A model generated the notes under the pieces. It did not search any database. It was not told the origin of the DNA and saw only the letters and a list, made by a program, of their open reading frames with translations. A stretch of DNA of 61,669 nt, filler included, from Stramenopiles sp. TOSAG23-6 (Eukaryota): NCBI GenBank assembly GCA_900128565.1. It is 13 parts of 13 records of this genome, joined end to end, with 100 filler letters (N's around TTAATTAATTAA, not from the genome) between each part and the next. Parts side by side here need not be neighbours in the genome. Positions count along the whole stretch, not along the records: positions 42,790 to 47,439 come from LT637105.1; positions 47,540 to 52,187 come from LT637106.1; positions 52,288 to 56,931 come from LT637107.1; 10 more parts are not named here. One strand, written 5' to 3'. Within the stretch, counting starts at the first letter, position 1; every line of letters starts with the position of its first letter. The translations under genes were made by a program, and so were the position numbers. This document shows positions 45,658-57,031 of this stretch, in pieces.

Positions 45658-46491
45658 ATGCCATCCTCCAAAGTACGACATAATGAGGTACAAGCTGGAA
45701 AAACAAAAAAAGTACTCATGTCTAATTTCACCTCTCGCCGTGCTCACAACGTCAACCAACATCAGAAACCTCGTAAAAAAACAACAACATTGCAAAAGAG
45801 TCATACTACCAATATAACAACAAGTGAAAAGCATACATCCAATTTCACAGTCGGGGATAATGCCATGGGTGGTTGGATGTTCCCAGGGAATACAACTCTA
45901 GGGCCTTCAAGTCAACTCATCAAAAGTAAAAAAATGACCTCCCCATCAACATCAACAAACCAAAGTATGGTAAACTCCTTCGATAGTAATCCTAGGATGA
46001 CGGCATCGTTAATGGATGTTAATGCTCTACGGTCTATTTTACCTGTGGCACAATCATATAGTCGAAGTACGTCTGATAATAGACGTCGTGAGAGACTACA
46101 ACAATCTGTTGGACTTGGAAAGAGACAATCGACACTTGCCATGAGACGACGAAACCGTCGAGGCTGGCGTCAGATGCGTACTGGTAACAATCAAATAGGT
46201 GAAGCACCGGTACTTCGACGACAACGCCTTCAAACTGAAAACGATCGTAGAAAAATAGCATCAAATTTAGGTTTATCAACGAAACAATTAAACCAATTGG
46301 ACCAAATTGAAAAACGTGATTCAGCAGATGATGACAACTTACGGGAAGATTATATCAATGCATTTAAAAAATTTGATATTGATGGTAGTGGAGCCATCGA
46401 TGCAGATGAGCTTCAATCTGTTTTAGATTACCTAGGGGAAGATTTAGACCCTAAAGATGTTAAAAAACTAGCAGATGATGCTGATAAAGAT
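45658..46491 (+). CDS. EF-hand protein, first exon
   Basis: AFKKFDIDGSGAIDADELQSVL; second loop ADKD cut by the donor at 46492. Confidence 0.85.
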
Positions 46492-46517
46492 GTACTTTTT
46501 TTTTTTTTTACACCTAC

Positions 46518-46563
<46 letters not shown>

Positions 46564-46578
46564 TTTTTTCCCAAAATT

Positions 46579-46618
<40 letters not shown>

Positions 46619-46633
46619 TTTTACAAAATACAT

Positions 46634-47354
46634 GCCTAATCATTTCGATAGAAATTGGCCACGTTTAAAAACATCAAATATAAACATGACAATGAATAAT
46701 CCATCTGCAAAATCACAAAAAATACCACAAGTAAAAATATTAAGTACAAATGTAAGTACAAATAATTTGAATACAATTTTACGAGATGGAACAAATGAAA
46801 TTGTTCGTCGACATTCTAAATCTCCTGTTGTTGTGCCTGTTTCTGTTGCAGCTGCTGCAACTGCCGCAGCAACACGTGATTGTGATGTGAATATTCCAAC
46901 AATGAATGCAACTTCTCCAATCAGTATGTTTTATCATGAAATTTAAATGTATTATTCAATTCTAGTTTTGTTTTGTACCTATTTTTTTTATCATTTCAAA
47001 TCTTATCCTTATGAAATGTTTTAGTTTTGTACCTAACGAATTGTTTACAGCACATATATTCTTTTTAATACAGATGCACATGTTGTTACATGTATGTTTT
47101 AATTTTTTTTCAATTTTGAATTTATTTTTTTTTATAAAAATTTTGTACCTAACAAATTTTTATGATTTTTTTGAAAAATATTTTTCCAAAATATATCAGG
47201 TCGAGATTTGTTATTGAGAGGTCCTACATTATTTTCAGCACATTTAAAATATGGGGAATTTCGACCAACACCTGATGTTTTGTCTAAAGTTCTTTCCCTT
47301 GGCATTCCTCCTCGTATAGTATCGTCGTTGCCTATACAGACACATAATGTAGGT
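46634..47354 (+). CDS. Exons of an unidentified protein, including an 18-nt microexon (47074-47091)
   Basis: Frames chain across introns 46924-47073 and 47092-47196. Confidence 0.45.
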
Positions 47355-47539
47355 GTATCAAAATTGAATATTTTTACCTTACTGTTTTTTCAAAATTTTT
47401 TTTTTTTTCATAAAATAATTTTTTTCATAGGAAATTTTGNNNNNNNNNNNNNNNNNNNNNNNNNNNNNNNNNNNNNNNNNNNNTTAATTAATTAANNNNN
47501 NNNNNNNNNNNNNNNNNNNNNNNNNNNNNNNNNNNNNNN

Positions 47540-47650
47540 ATTGAAATGAATATTGAAATGAATATTGAAATGAATATTGAAATGAATATTGAAATGAACA
47601 TTGAAATGAATATTGAAATGAATATTGAAATGAATATTGAAATGAATATT
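47540..47650. repeat. 12-bp intronic tandem repeat (ATTGAAATGAAT) x~9
   Basis: Directly visible, just inside a TMEM94 donor. Confidence 0.9.
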
Positions 47651-47661
47651 AAAAGACATAC

Positions 47662-50600
47662 ATACAAAACATCAACCAAAATGGAGTAGAAAAAACTTTC
47701 ATAAAAGATGTATCAAATTGAGATCCATTGGAATAAAACATGGAAAATATAAACTGACAAAACCCTGAAGTAACTGCAGAAATTATCCAAAATATATTAG
47801 ACCAAGGAGGACCAGATAAGATACTTTTTACACGATACAGTAAAGTCATTGATAATACAATTAATAAGTTTGATAGACACCACAATGCAACTGATCTTGC
47901 CTGTCTCACAATAATCTGTCCTTCAACACTTGATCCTTTCAATTCTTCTATAAATGAAATTTCACTCAATGATGTTCCCCATGTATTGTTGAAAAAATAT
48001 ATTTTTTTTTTGTCAGTAAAAATAAAAAACATCGTAAAGTACAAAATTTCCACACGAAACATAATAATGAAATGAATGATGAAAACGTACATAAAATGTG
48101 TTTGAGTACATCTTTACTAGCCTCTGGTGATAGTTCAAGTAAAGCCCAAATAAATATCACTACAGTTGAGGCTGCAATGGGAATACAACGAATTAATAGA
48201 ATGAATAAAATACGAGATCTTTTTATCACAATTTCATCATTTACAAATCTTTTCTGTGGAACTCTCAGTCGACTCATAGCCTGAGCCTCAACTGGTGTAA
48301 ATAAAATAGGAAATAATAAAAGAGGTATTTGGAAACAACACAACCAAAAGCAACACATTGGAGTTAACACAATAGGTATATCAAATAGTTGACCTATGAG
48401 TATTGTTAGACCACAACAGACTTGGGAAAAAAATCCAAACAGAATACTCTGCCGGCAATTATATATTGTGAAAAAATATTTGTATAACCCTAACCCTAAT
48501 AACAATTCATTAAGTACGGAATTTCATACAAAACAAAATTTAGGTAGAACAATCAATTTTGAAAACATACATGTAACATGCGTCTTCCCTCTTTAATCAA
48601 CCGAACAATAACTGATATCGATTGTAAACTGTCAACTCTTAATTCACAACCTAAGGAACAGATTGTATTATTTAATCTTAATTCGCGTCTTGAAGGTAAA
48701 GTTGAACCTACATTCACTTTATCAGGATCATCATACACTGCAATTGACAGATCTGCACAACGTAAAACTGATGCATTTGATGCATACATTGAACTTCCAA
48801 GGGCTCCGACAACTTCACCATTTTGTTGCATAATATTTATCATTTGTTTTACTCGTGATGGTGTACTATCCGTAAATAAAGAGACGAGCAATGGAACATT
48901 ATCTACATTTTCTAAATGTTCACGAATGGCAGGTATCCCATGAGGTAGTCTAGCCCTTGCATGTATTGTGAAAATTTTTTTTTTTAGGAAAACACAAAAT
49001 ATTCGTTAGGTACAAAATTTACTATAAAAAAAATAAATTTAAAATTAATTGTCAAAACGTTCATCCCAACGATCTGTACCTAATCTTTTGCTCGCTTCAT
49101 TATCTTTTTCACTCAGTGAAATTGCAGTGTTCCAACCAGTATCTAAACCCATTTTTGCGGCGAATGGTTTCGCTTGACGGAAACTTTTTTCAGAGAAAAC
49201 AACAAAACGGATTCCTGCTGTTGTGACATCATCAATAACTTTGTGCAAACCTGTCTTCGGTTGCAGACGGCACGCAATCCTGTTTTGTGGAGAAATTAAA
49301 AACAAAAGTTAGGTAACATTTTTGGTACAAAACAAAATACATTTGAAATCAATAATAATACATTAAATAGATTAGAAAAGATTATCAAATATTGATCTAC
49401 AAAAAAAAAAATTAAATGTTTTTCGTTAGGTACAAAATTTCATACAAAAAAAAATCAATAATAATAACGTACATACCTAAGAAAATGAAGCCATCTGACA
49501 TCATATCTCTCACAGCTTTTTGTGCTTTTGAAAAGGTTTGTCCCACATTATTTGAAAGTTTTGGCGTTGTAAATACATCTGAAGTATTCACAGGAGATTT
49601 CGATGTTTTTACACGTAATCTTTTTGTATTTATGTCTTTTGTTTTTTTATGTTTTATATTTTGATCAGAAAGTGTGAAATTTCTATTGGATGACAATTTT
49701 TCTGATGTATTCAAAACTTTTTCATCTTGAGTTTTTTTTTGATCTTCATTTATACTTTTATTTTCTTCATTTTTAGTTTGTTGAGTATCACTAGCTTCCA
49801 ATATATTCGTCATATTACTCATTCTTATATGACTTTGCATATTTCCATTTTGAGATAATTTTAAAAAATGTTTCCGATCAGGAGCAGGAACGGGTAAAAA
49901 TCCAAATGCCACTGCGTCAAGATCCTCTTGCTCCCAGCGCATACACATTGCTTGAAGACCTCTTCGGCAGGCATCTCCGAGGGGACAGATACACTCCCCA
50001 TCCCAATAATGGATTGTACAAAAATATTCTACAATTAGGTTTGGGTTAGGGTTGTACAAAAATATTCTAAAAATGTATTACATTTATAAATAAGAATTTG
50101 AAATTCATGATGGAAACAATACATTTGAAATTCATGATGGAAACATACATGAGCACAGTTTGCTAATAAAGTTTTTGGAGACCCAGCACTCATTAACTTC
50201 AATAAACCAACATTTCTACAATCTTCTGTGACTTTTAATGTCAGCTGTGGAACACAAAGCTTCAACAAACCTCCATCAGAAGAATCTAAAACAGAAATAG
50301 ATTCAAATAAATCATTTCTTGTTGTAGACATTGTTTGCTCTGAATTTCGTGTTTTAGACGTTTTCTGAAACGTTTCATGAGTTTTATCATCTGATCCCAT
50401 CAACTGGAATTCTTGTAAAACACGAAAACAAGAAACATCAGATCCGACAAATCCCATATACTGTGAAAACAATGTAGTAAAAAATTCGTTAGGTAAAATA
50501 TTTTCATAGAAAAAAAATGTAGGTAAAAAATTAAATTTTGAAAACTTATATTTCTCGTGCTAAACTTGCCATGGCAAGGCGTATTGGAGGAGAAATACTG

Positions 50601-52132
50601 TCAATCACTAAATCAGTCAAATATTTTGTCTTTGATGGGACAACATTTGCATGTAACATCAAACCCATTCCTAAAGGCTTCAAGGAAGACAAATGTATTT
50701 TGGAAAAATATTTCAAAAAAAAAATGTTAGGCACAAAATTTTTATAAAAAAAAAAATCCAATTTGAAAAAAAATAAAACATACATGTCTATGCCATTGAA
50801 TTGATTCAAACTTTACTTTATTTTTACTTTCAGGATCAGGATGTAAATCTAAAATAGTATGTACTTTTAGGAAAATATTTAAAAAAAAATGTTAGGTACA
50901 AAATTTCGTACGAAAAAAAACATATGAGTTTTTTTTTTATAACGTACATGAGTGCCTTCATCACCATTTCCTGTATAACTCTCCTCTTTGATACAGACTT
51001 CTTCTACTAGTGGAGTTCGTTCTCGTACAGCTTCCGAATCAATACAGCATAATACTGTGATGCTTCCAAGTTTATCAATGAGACCAAGAGGATATGTATT
51101 TTGGAAAAATATTTCAAAAAAAAAACTAGAATTTGTTAGGTACAAAATGTTTATAAAAAAATAAATTCAAAATTGAAAAAAAATATAACATACATGGATC
51201 AGCATCAGGTGGAAGAGACGCTAAAGTCAATCGATTCCATTTCTTAGTGAGACCAAAACTCATGTATAATGAAAAAATATTTAAAAAAAAAAATGTTAGG
51301 TACAAAATTTTTATAAAAAAAAAATGTAGACAAAAAATTGAAATGAAAAAATATTTAAAAAAAAAAATGTTAGATACAAAATTTTTATAAAAAAAAAATG
51401 TAGACAAAAAAATGAAATGAAAACGTACATCAATACATGCCTTAACATTAACGATATAATAACCATACAGCGTTTAGGTTTACTCATATTATCATCCAAT
51501 ACATTCTCCGTACCATTAGGGTTAGGGTTATTATCAGACAATGATCGAGATAGTGATGGCAAGGCTCCTGAGTGTGTCAAAATGTTTGAAGTAGCTACGG
51601 AATCTAAAGTTAACAACATTGGAGGACTTAATAATGAGCACATGCATATATTGTGAAAAAAAAAATTGTATAAAATTCGTTAGGTACAAAATTTGGTACA
51701 AAAAAAAAATTGTATAAAATTCGTTAGGTACAAAATTTGGTACAAAAAAAAATTTGAAATTGATAAAATGTACATATACTCACAGATAATGGCTTTATAA
51801 TAAAAAGTCTGACGGCATTTTCAGATGTTTTATCATCTGATCGTCTTACCCAATGGAGTATGAAAAATATTTCAAAAAATGAAAATCGTTAGGTATAAAA
51901 TTTTTTGAAAAAAAAAAATAAATTCGAAATTGAAATGAAAACGTACATGAAGTATTGATAATAGTAAACTACATATTGTACTTATTATTAATAAATATCG
52001 TGCATTTCGTTGAGCTTCCTTCAAGCGCGACCGAAAAGCTGTTGGTCTATAACTAGTATTTGGTTTTAATGCAGCATCTAATAAATTTAATAAAAACGTT
52101 TCCTGCATTACAAACTGATCATACGGTGCCAC
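47662..52132 (-). CDS. TMEM94: TMEM94 (KIAA0195) P-type-ATPase-like protein, internal part, 13 exons
   Basis: LGSITVLCCID, WHRHLSSLKPLG, YWDGECICPL, GIRFVVFS..KPFAAKMGLDTGWNTAISL, ARLPHGIPAIREHLENVDNVPLLVSLFTD. 12 complete introns: 47981-48090, 48461-48570, 48961-49062, 49280-49472, 50009-50148, 50456-50549, 50693-50783, 50859-50947, 51094-51193, 51262-51428, 51646-51773, 51853-51946. Confidence 0.92.
48961..49062 (-). other. Intron, probable GA-AT ends
   Basis: TGG GAT|GAACGTTTT...TGTACCTAAC...CACAATACAT|GCA AGG GCT AGA. Confidence 0.6.
50456..50549 (-). other. Intron, probable AT-AT ends
   Basis: GAA AT|ATAAGTTTT...TACCTAAC...CAGTATAT|G GGA TTT gives LAREMGF. Confidence 0.65.
50693..50783 (-). 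other. Intron, GT-AT ends
   Basis: AGA CAT|GTATGT...TGCCTAAC...CCAAAATACAT|TTG TCT gives the conserved WHRHLSSLKPLG. Confidence 0.88.
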
Positions 52133-52341
52133 ATGTATTTTGGAAAAATATTTCAAAAAAAATCGTTAGGTACAAAATTTCGTACGANNNNNNNNNNNNN
52201 NNNNNNNNNNNNNNNNNNNNNNNNNNNNNNNTTAATTAATTAANNNNNNNNNNNNNNNNNNNNNNNNNNNNNNNNNNNNNNNNNNNNTTTGTACCTAACA
52301 AATTTTAGTTTTTTTTTTTGAAATATTTTTCCAAAATACAT

Positions 52342-53185
52342 TCGCTTTATTGAAACATTAAAACAGTTACAAGAAGATTTCCCAAGACCAATTTTGATGG
52401 AAAATGCAAAGAGTTTATTTGATAAAATCGGTTTAAATTTGTCCCTTCAATATAAGTTGGAACCTGAAGGAGTTCTGGAAAGACAATTATCATTAGCCAA
52501 TGTATGTTTTTATTTTTTTTTTAACAAAAAAAATCGAATTTTTTTTCGTACGAAATTTTGTACCTAACAAATTTAAGGTTTTTTTTTTTTCAAATATTTT
52601 TCCAAAATACATAGATGTTCTACGTCGACTTTGGCTTTGAAAAGACACTGTTCTTCCCTATCTTTGCTAGTGGAATCTGCTATTAGAGACGAATCCTATA
52701 GTGTAAAAGATAAATGTCATACTGTCTTATCGTGTATGTTTCTTTTTTCACTTTTTTTTCAGTTTCGAATTCATGTTTTTTTTTATAAAAATTTCGTACC
52801 TAACAAATTTTACAAAAAAAAAATATTTTTTCATAATACATGTTTATATCCTTTTGTAGTAGAGCCACCAGATTTTGAACCTAATATTTCATCAAAATAT
52901 TGTAATGACGATAAAAAAGAATATGTATCATTTGAAAATTTTTGTGTTTTTGACGACGATTACGAGATTCAAAAATCTAGGATGATTGATGATAAAAAAA
53001 ACAATAATTATGCACATGAAAAATCTAGGATGATTGTTGTAGTTATTGGTGGTGTGTCTTATTCAGAAGTTAGAGAAATGAAGCGTTTAAGCAAGTATAT
53101 GAACAAACAAATAATTTTATTAACCACTGGGATATTGACACCCCTCCAACATTTACAAAGATTTGGAGGAATCTCAAAATTTTAA
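52342..53185 (+). CDS. Sec1/Munc18 family protein, C-terminal exons
   Basis: RMIVVVIGGVSYSEVREMKRLS....QIILLTTGILTP; introns 52502-52612 and 52734-52841. Confidence 0.85.
52502..52612 (+). mobile_element. Representative near-consensus copy of the Introner-like GT-AT intron family
   Basis: AT|GTATGTTTTT...AATCGAATTTTTTTTCGTACGAAATTTTGTACCTAACAAATT...AAATATTTTTCCAAAATAC AT|; matches copies in unrelated genes (e.g. 14112-14176, 29293-29400, 38040-38099, 51094-51193). Mobility is inferred. Confidence 0.6.
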
Positions 53186-53279
53186 AATTAAAATATTCGA
53201 AAAAATAAAAATATGAGACAAATATTGAAAAAATAATAAAGTATTTGTTTTAATCATAAAAAATCATAAAACTAAGATT

Positions 53280-55211
53280 TTAAGATTTTGAAACTTTTCT
53301 TTTTTTTTTACTCCCTTTCTTACCTATTTTAGGGTTATGGCTTGAATTTGCTGTACGTTGTAAAAATGCTGCAGCCTGTGCAGCATTTTTCTTTTTTTTT
53401 CTTAGTTTTCGTTTCTGTTTTTTCGTTAGGGTTGGGGTGATATCCTTGGTTTCGATCAATTCATCATTTGTCTTTTCTATTGTTTTCTTTGTATTATTTT
53501 CAAAAATATCTTGTGTGTTTTTTGTGTTTTGGTTTTGCTGTATTTCAAAATCATCATGCAAATCATTTTCTGTCTGTTTCCTGTTTACAAAAGAGGAACT
53601 AAATAAATAATTGCTATCAGAAGAGTCAGAGTGATCAAAATCATCAGAATGATGAGAATCAGAATGACCAACCTTCAAATTAGGGTTATTATTTGATGTA
53701 ATTGGAATTGGAGGTGGCATTGTATCACTTGAGATGAGACCTTTCTGTTGAGTGATGTTTACATTCATACTATGATTATTCAAGATAGGAGTTGGGGATT
53801 GTACAATATCATTATCATCATCCATCGGATTACAATCATCATCATCATCATCTTGACAGTCTAACTCTATCATTTTGTCTACAATATCTAAAGAAGAAAT
53901 AGAGTCTGTACGAAATTTTGTACCTAATGATTTTCGAATTTGACGCTGTTTCCTTTTTTTCTCTTTTGCTTTGCTCCTTTTCTTCTTTTTTGTATTATTA
54001 CTAGGGTTTGTTATCATACTTTTTAGGGTTTGGGTTTCATTCCCATCTGTATGGGATTGCATTGAACGATGAAATAATTTTTCTGTTTTTTCTAGTAATT
54101 CTTTCGGTTTAAAATTTGATACAATATTATTTTTTTTTTCTTCTTCTTCTCTGACTAACATTTTAGCATATGCTTTCTTATGCTTTTTTGACTGTTTATG
54201 TCCAATCAAAGCCGCTTCTGATTTAAACTTTTTCTTACACGCCTTACAATCCCAAGTGATCTCTTCTTCATCATTATCTAGATAAACAATACGTCCCTTC
54301 TTTCCTTTTCCTTTACCTTTACCTTTTCCAGCGTTGTTCCCTTCTCGTTGATGAATTTCTGGTACCAAATTTGGATTGAATTCCGTACCTAAGACATCGC
54401 ACTGATCCTCATTTGCATCTAACCAAGCTTCACGATAATCTAAACGTGCCTTTGCTTTATCTTTATTAAAATTAAAAGCACGTTTCAATTCTTCGAGTTC
54501 TTTTGCAGCTCGCTGATTGCGTCTTTCTGCAACACGAGGGTCTTTACGGTGTGCATGATTTGCCAAACGTCGAATCGTTTCAATCCATTTTTTTTTGGCT
54601 GCTTTTCGAGCCATAAAATTCTCTTTTTCAATAGCTCTTCTTACGCGACGATCAGGAAAGTCCCCAGGTTTATACTTGTCACACCATGCAAAAGATCTCT
54701 TGGACAAGAAAGAACGAAAAAAACTATAAAATGAAGAAACTTCTTTCCACTTAGTGTCTGCTGTACCAAAAGAAGGAATCTCAGTAGAGTCATCTTTCTC
54801 TAACGCTGAAACAGTTTCAAAAGCTCCACGAAAGACTCTATAAAAACCACATTCATCAGAACCAAAACCAGAGAATGCACACGGACTGAAGAGGTGAAGA
54901 ATTTCAGTACCCATACCATCATCACCTGTTGCTGTCGTAGAATCCCCTTCAGCTTTTGTACCATCACCACCACGAAGAATTACTTCACGATGAGAGTCAT
55001 ACCAAGCACGTTCCTGATCATCACTCAGAACTTCATACGCATGTTGAATACATTTAAAGCGTTCTGCAGCCTCCTCCTCGCGGTGCAGATTTTTATCTGG
55101 ATGCCATTGTAAAGCACGCTTTCTGTACGCTTTCTTTATTTCATTTGACGTGGCTTCTCGATCAACTCCTAATTCCTCATAAAAGCAAGTCAAAGACTTT
55201 AATGTAGCCAT
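53280..55211 (-). CDS. DNAJC21: DnaJ + C2H2 zinc-finger co-chaperone (Jjj1/DNAJC21), intronless
   Basis: J-domain with [45 protein letters not shown]...HKQSKKH. Confidence 0.93.
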   Translation of the reverse strand: MATLKSLTCFYEELGVDREATSNEIKKAYRKRALQWHPDKNLHREEEAAERFKCIQHAYEVLSDDQERAWYDSHREVILRGGDGTKAEGDSTTATGDDGMGTEILHLFSPCAFSGFGSDECGFYRVFRGAFETVSALEKDDSTEIPSFGTADTKWKEVSSFYSFFRSFLSKRSFAWCDKYKPGDFPDRRVRRAIEKENFMARKAAKKKWIETIRRLANHAHRKDPRVAERRNQRAAKELEELKRAFNFNKDKAKARLDYREAWLDANEDQCDVLGTEFNPNLVPEIHQREGNNAGKGKGKGKGKKGRIVYLDNDEEEITWDCKACKKKFKSEAALIGHKQSKKHKKAYAKMLVREEEEKKNNIVSNFKPKELLEKTEKLFHRSMQSHTDGNETQTLKSMITNPSNNTKKKKRSKAKEKKRKQRQIRKSLGTKFRTDSISSLDIVDKMIELDCQDDDDDDCNPMDDDNDIVQSPTPILNNHSMNVNITQQKGLISSDTMPPPIPITSNNNPNLKVGHSDSHHSDDFDHSDSSDSNYLFSSSFVNRKQTENDLHDDFEIQQNQNTKNTQDIFENNTKKTIEKTNDELIETKDITPTLTKKQKRKLRKKKKNAAQAAAFLQRTANSSHNPKIGKKGSKKKRKVSKS

Positions 55212-55641
55212 TATAAAACACTTTACACAGTCGCTACCGCATGCAATATAAACTTAAAAACGAGTTTCTAGATAATCCTTATTTTTACTAGTATTACCTG
55301 TAGGCTGTAGTAGTGACGATATACCGTAATGTTGAGTTGACATGAAAATTCTGACTCGAAACCGCCGGTACCGGGTACTCCAGGTAGTACCACGAAAAAA
55401 AAAAAAAAATAAAATAAAATGAACTCTCAACGGAATAATGATGTAATCAAATCATACTTGCATCATACTTGTTATATATGAAACATAAAAAAAAAGTAAA
55501 AAAAAAAAAAAAAGTCCTGCCAGGGAGTCGAAGAACCCTAACTGTTTTTATAAGATGTCATTATCAATTTTTTTTTTCATTCAAAAACAAAATAAAACAA
55601 AAAAAACAAAAACAAAAACCAAAACATAAAAAAAAAAAAAA

Positions 55642-55714
55642 AGTCCTGCCAGGGAGTCGAACCCTGAATCTTCTGCTCCGTAGGCAGACGCCTTATCCAT
55701 TGGGCCAACAAGAC
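55642..55714 (-). tRNA. tRNA-Arg (anticodon ACG)
   Basis: GTCTTGT TGGCCCAATGGATAAGGC G TCTGC CTACGGA GCAGA AGATT CAGGG TTCGACT CCCTG GCAGGAC T folds as a cloverleaf and is followed by a poly-T Pol III terminator. Confidence 0.95.
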
Positions 55715-56008
55715 TTGTTTTGTACTATCTGCTCCGTAGCGATAGTCTTCTGCTCCGTAGGCAACAAGACATTTTCTATAGTATCCGTTCCGTAGTGACA
55801 CGACTTCCATTGGGCCAACAATTTCGAATAAACGACATCATCAAGTTTTATAAAGAAATTTTTTTTTCCCCCTAGTCACTAACATTCATAAAGAACCAAT
55901 ATGATTTATAGTTCAAATTGTTGTAGAGAAGAAAATACATAAAACTTTGAATGTTTCATCAAATACAATTTAATAATTTAACATTCATTATGATTCAAGA
56001 ATTTTGAT

Positions 56009-56931
56009 ATGGATCGCTTTTTAGTACGCCTCGATCGTGGTGAAGACCCTTTTCAGGAAAAGGAAAATAAACCCCAAGCTAGTGTATTATTGAAAGACAC
56101 AGATGAGGCAATGGCTCTCCGACTTCAAATGGAAGAGTATTCGAATCAACGTAAAAGTACACTAGGTAAGCGACAACGTTCACCACTTATTATACAACGA
56201 ACATCAAATGGTATAGGTTTTGCAAATCTAACTCATAAGACGTATCCAGAAAAGCGGCAACGTAAGAGTGTAAATACAGTGATGACGGATCACTTTCGGA
56301 GAGTTGATCATGACGAGGTAGTTGCTGCTGCAGCTGCAAGGCGTCGAACATTAATCGCTGCATTTAAAAGTCGATGTGGTGTTGGTAACACATTTTTGGT
56401 CGATCGTCAAATTATAGGACGTGCAAAGAGCGAGGCTCTTCGTTCTCGCATTTGTCGGTTAGTATCTGATTATGTTCCCTTTCCAGTTGTTCTTGGAGTC
56501 AAACCTTCAGAGTCAATAAATCCAATGTTCAACCGTCCATTATCTCGTGCTGGCGTTGCACATACTGTTAGTATGGATTTTGACAGTATGGGATGTCTTC
56601 TTGCAACGGGGGGGAAGGAGGGACGTCTTCGACTATTTGATTTTGATGAATATTTCAGTCAAATTCAAAAACAGGAAGTTTTGTTCAGCAAACTAGAAAA
56701 TCAAATGCAGAATACTCATATTTCAAATAATGTGGAATCTTTAGACTGTATAGAAATTCAATCTCAAATCCGAAATAATTTTGAGTGTGCTCCGCTCGAC
56801 TATGAGTGCTATACAGGAATTCCTATCTCACAAGTTCAGTGGAATCCAATCAATCAAAATCAAATCGTCACTTCATTTGGTACGTCATCTGATATTCATA
56901 TGTATGATGTTGAGAATGAAGATGAGTCTCG
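56009..56931 (+). CDS. WD40-repeat protein, N-terminal part
   Basis: VSMDFDSMGCLLATGGKEGRLRLFDF; ISQVQWNPINQNQIVTSF...IHMYDV. Confidence 0.8.
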
Positions 56932-57031
56932 NNNNNNNNNNNNNNNNNNNNNNNNNNNNNNNNNNNNNNNNNNNNTTAATTAATTAANNNNNNNNNNNNN
57001 NNNNNNNNNNNNNNNNNNNNNNNNNNNNNNN

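Noticed and set aside
47662-52132. Alternative genetic code or stop readthrough to explain broken ORFs
   Set aside because: Long intronless genes translate normally and end in TAA, TAG or TGA; the breaks coincide with introns.
47662-52132. Ciliate-like internal eliminated sequences
   Set aside because: Motifs are oriented with transcription, include donor and branch signals, and some members end in AG; the duplicated dinucleotide is AT, not TA. Not formally excluded without RNA data.
55469-55810. ORFs over the tRNA
   Set aside because: Spurious frames across the tRNA and A-tracts.
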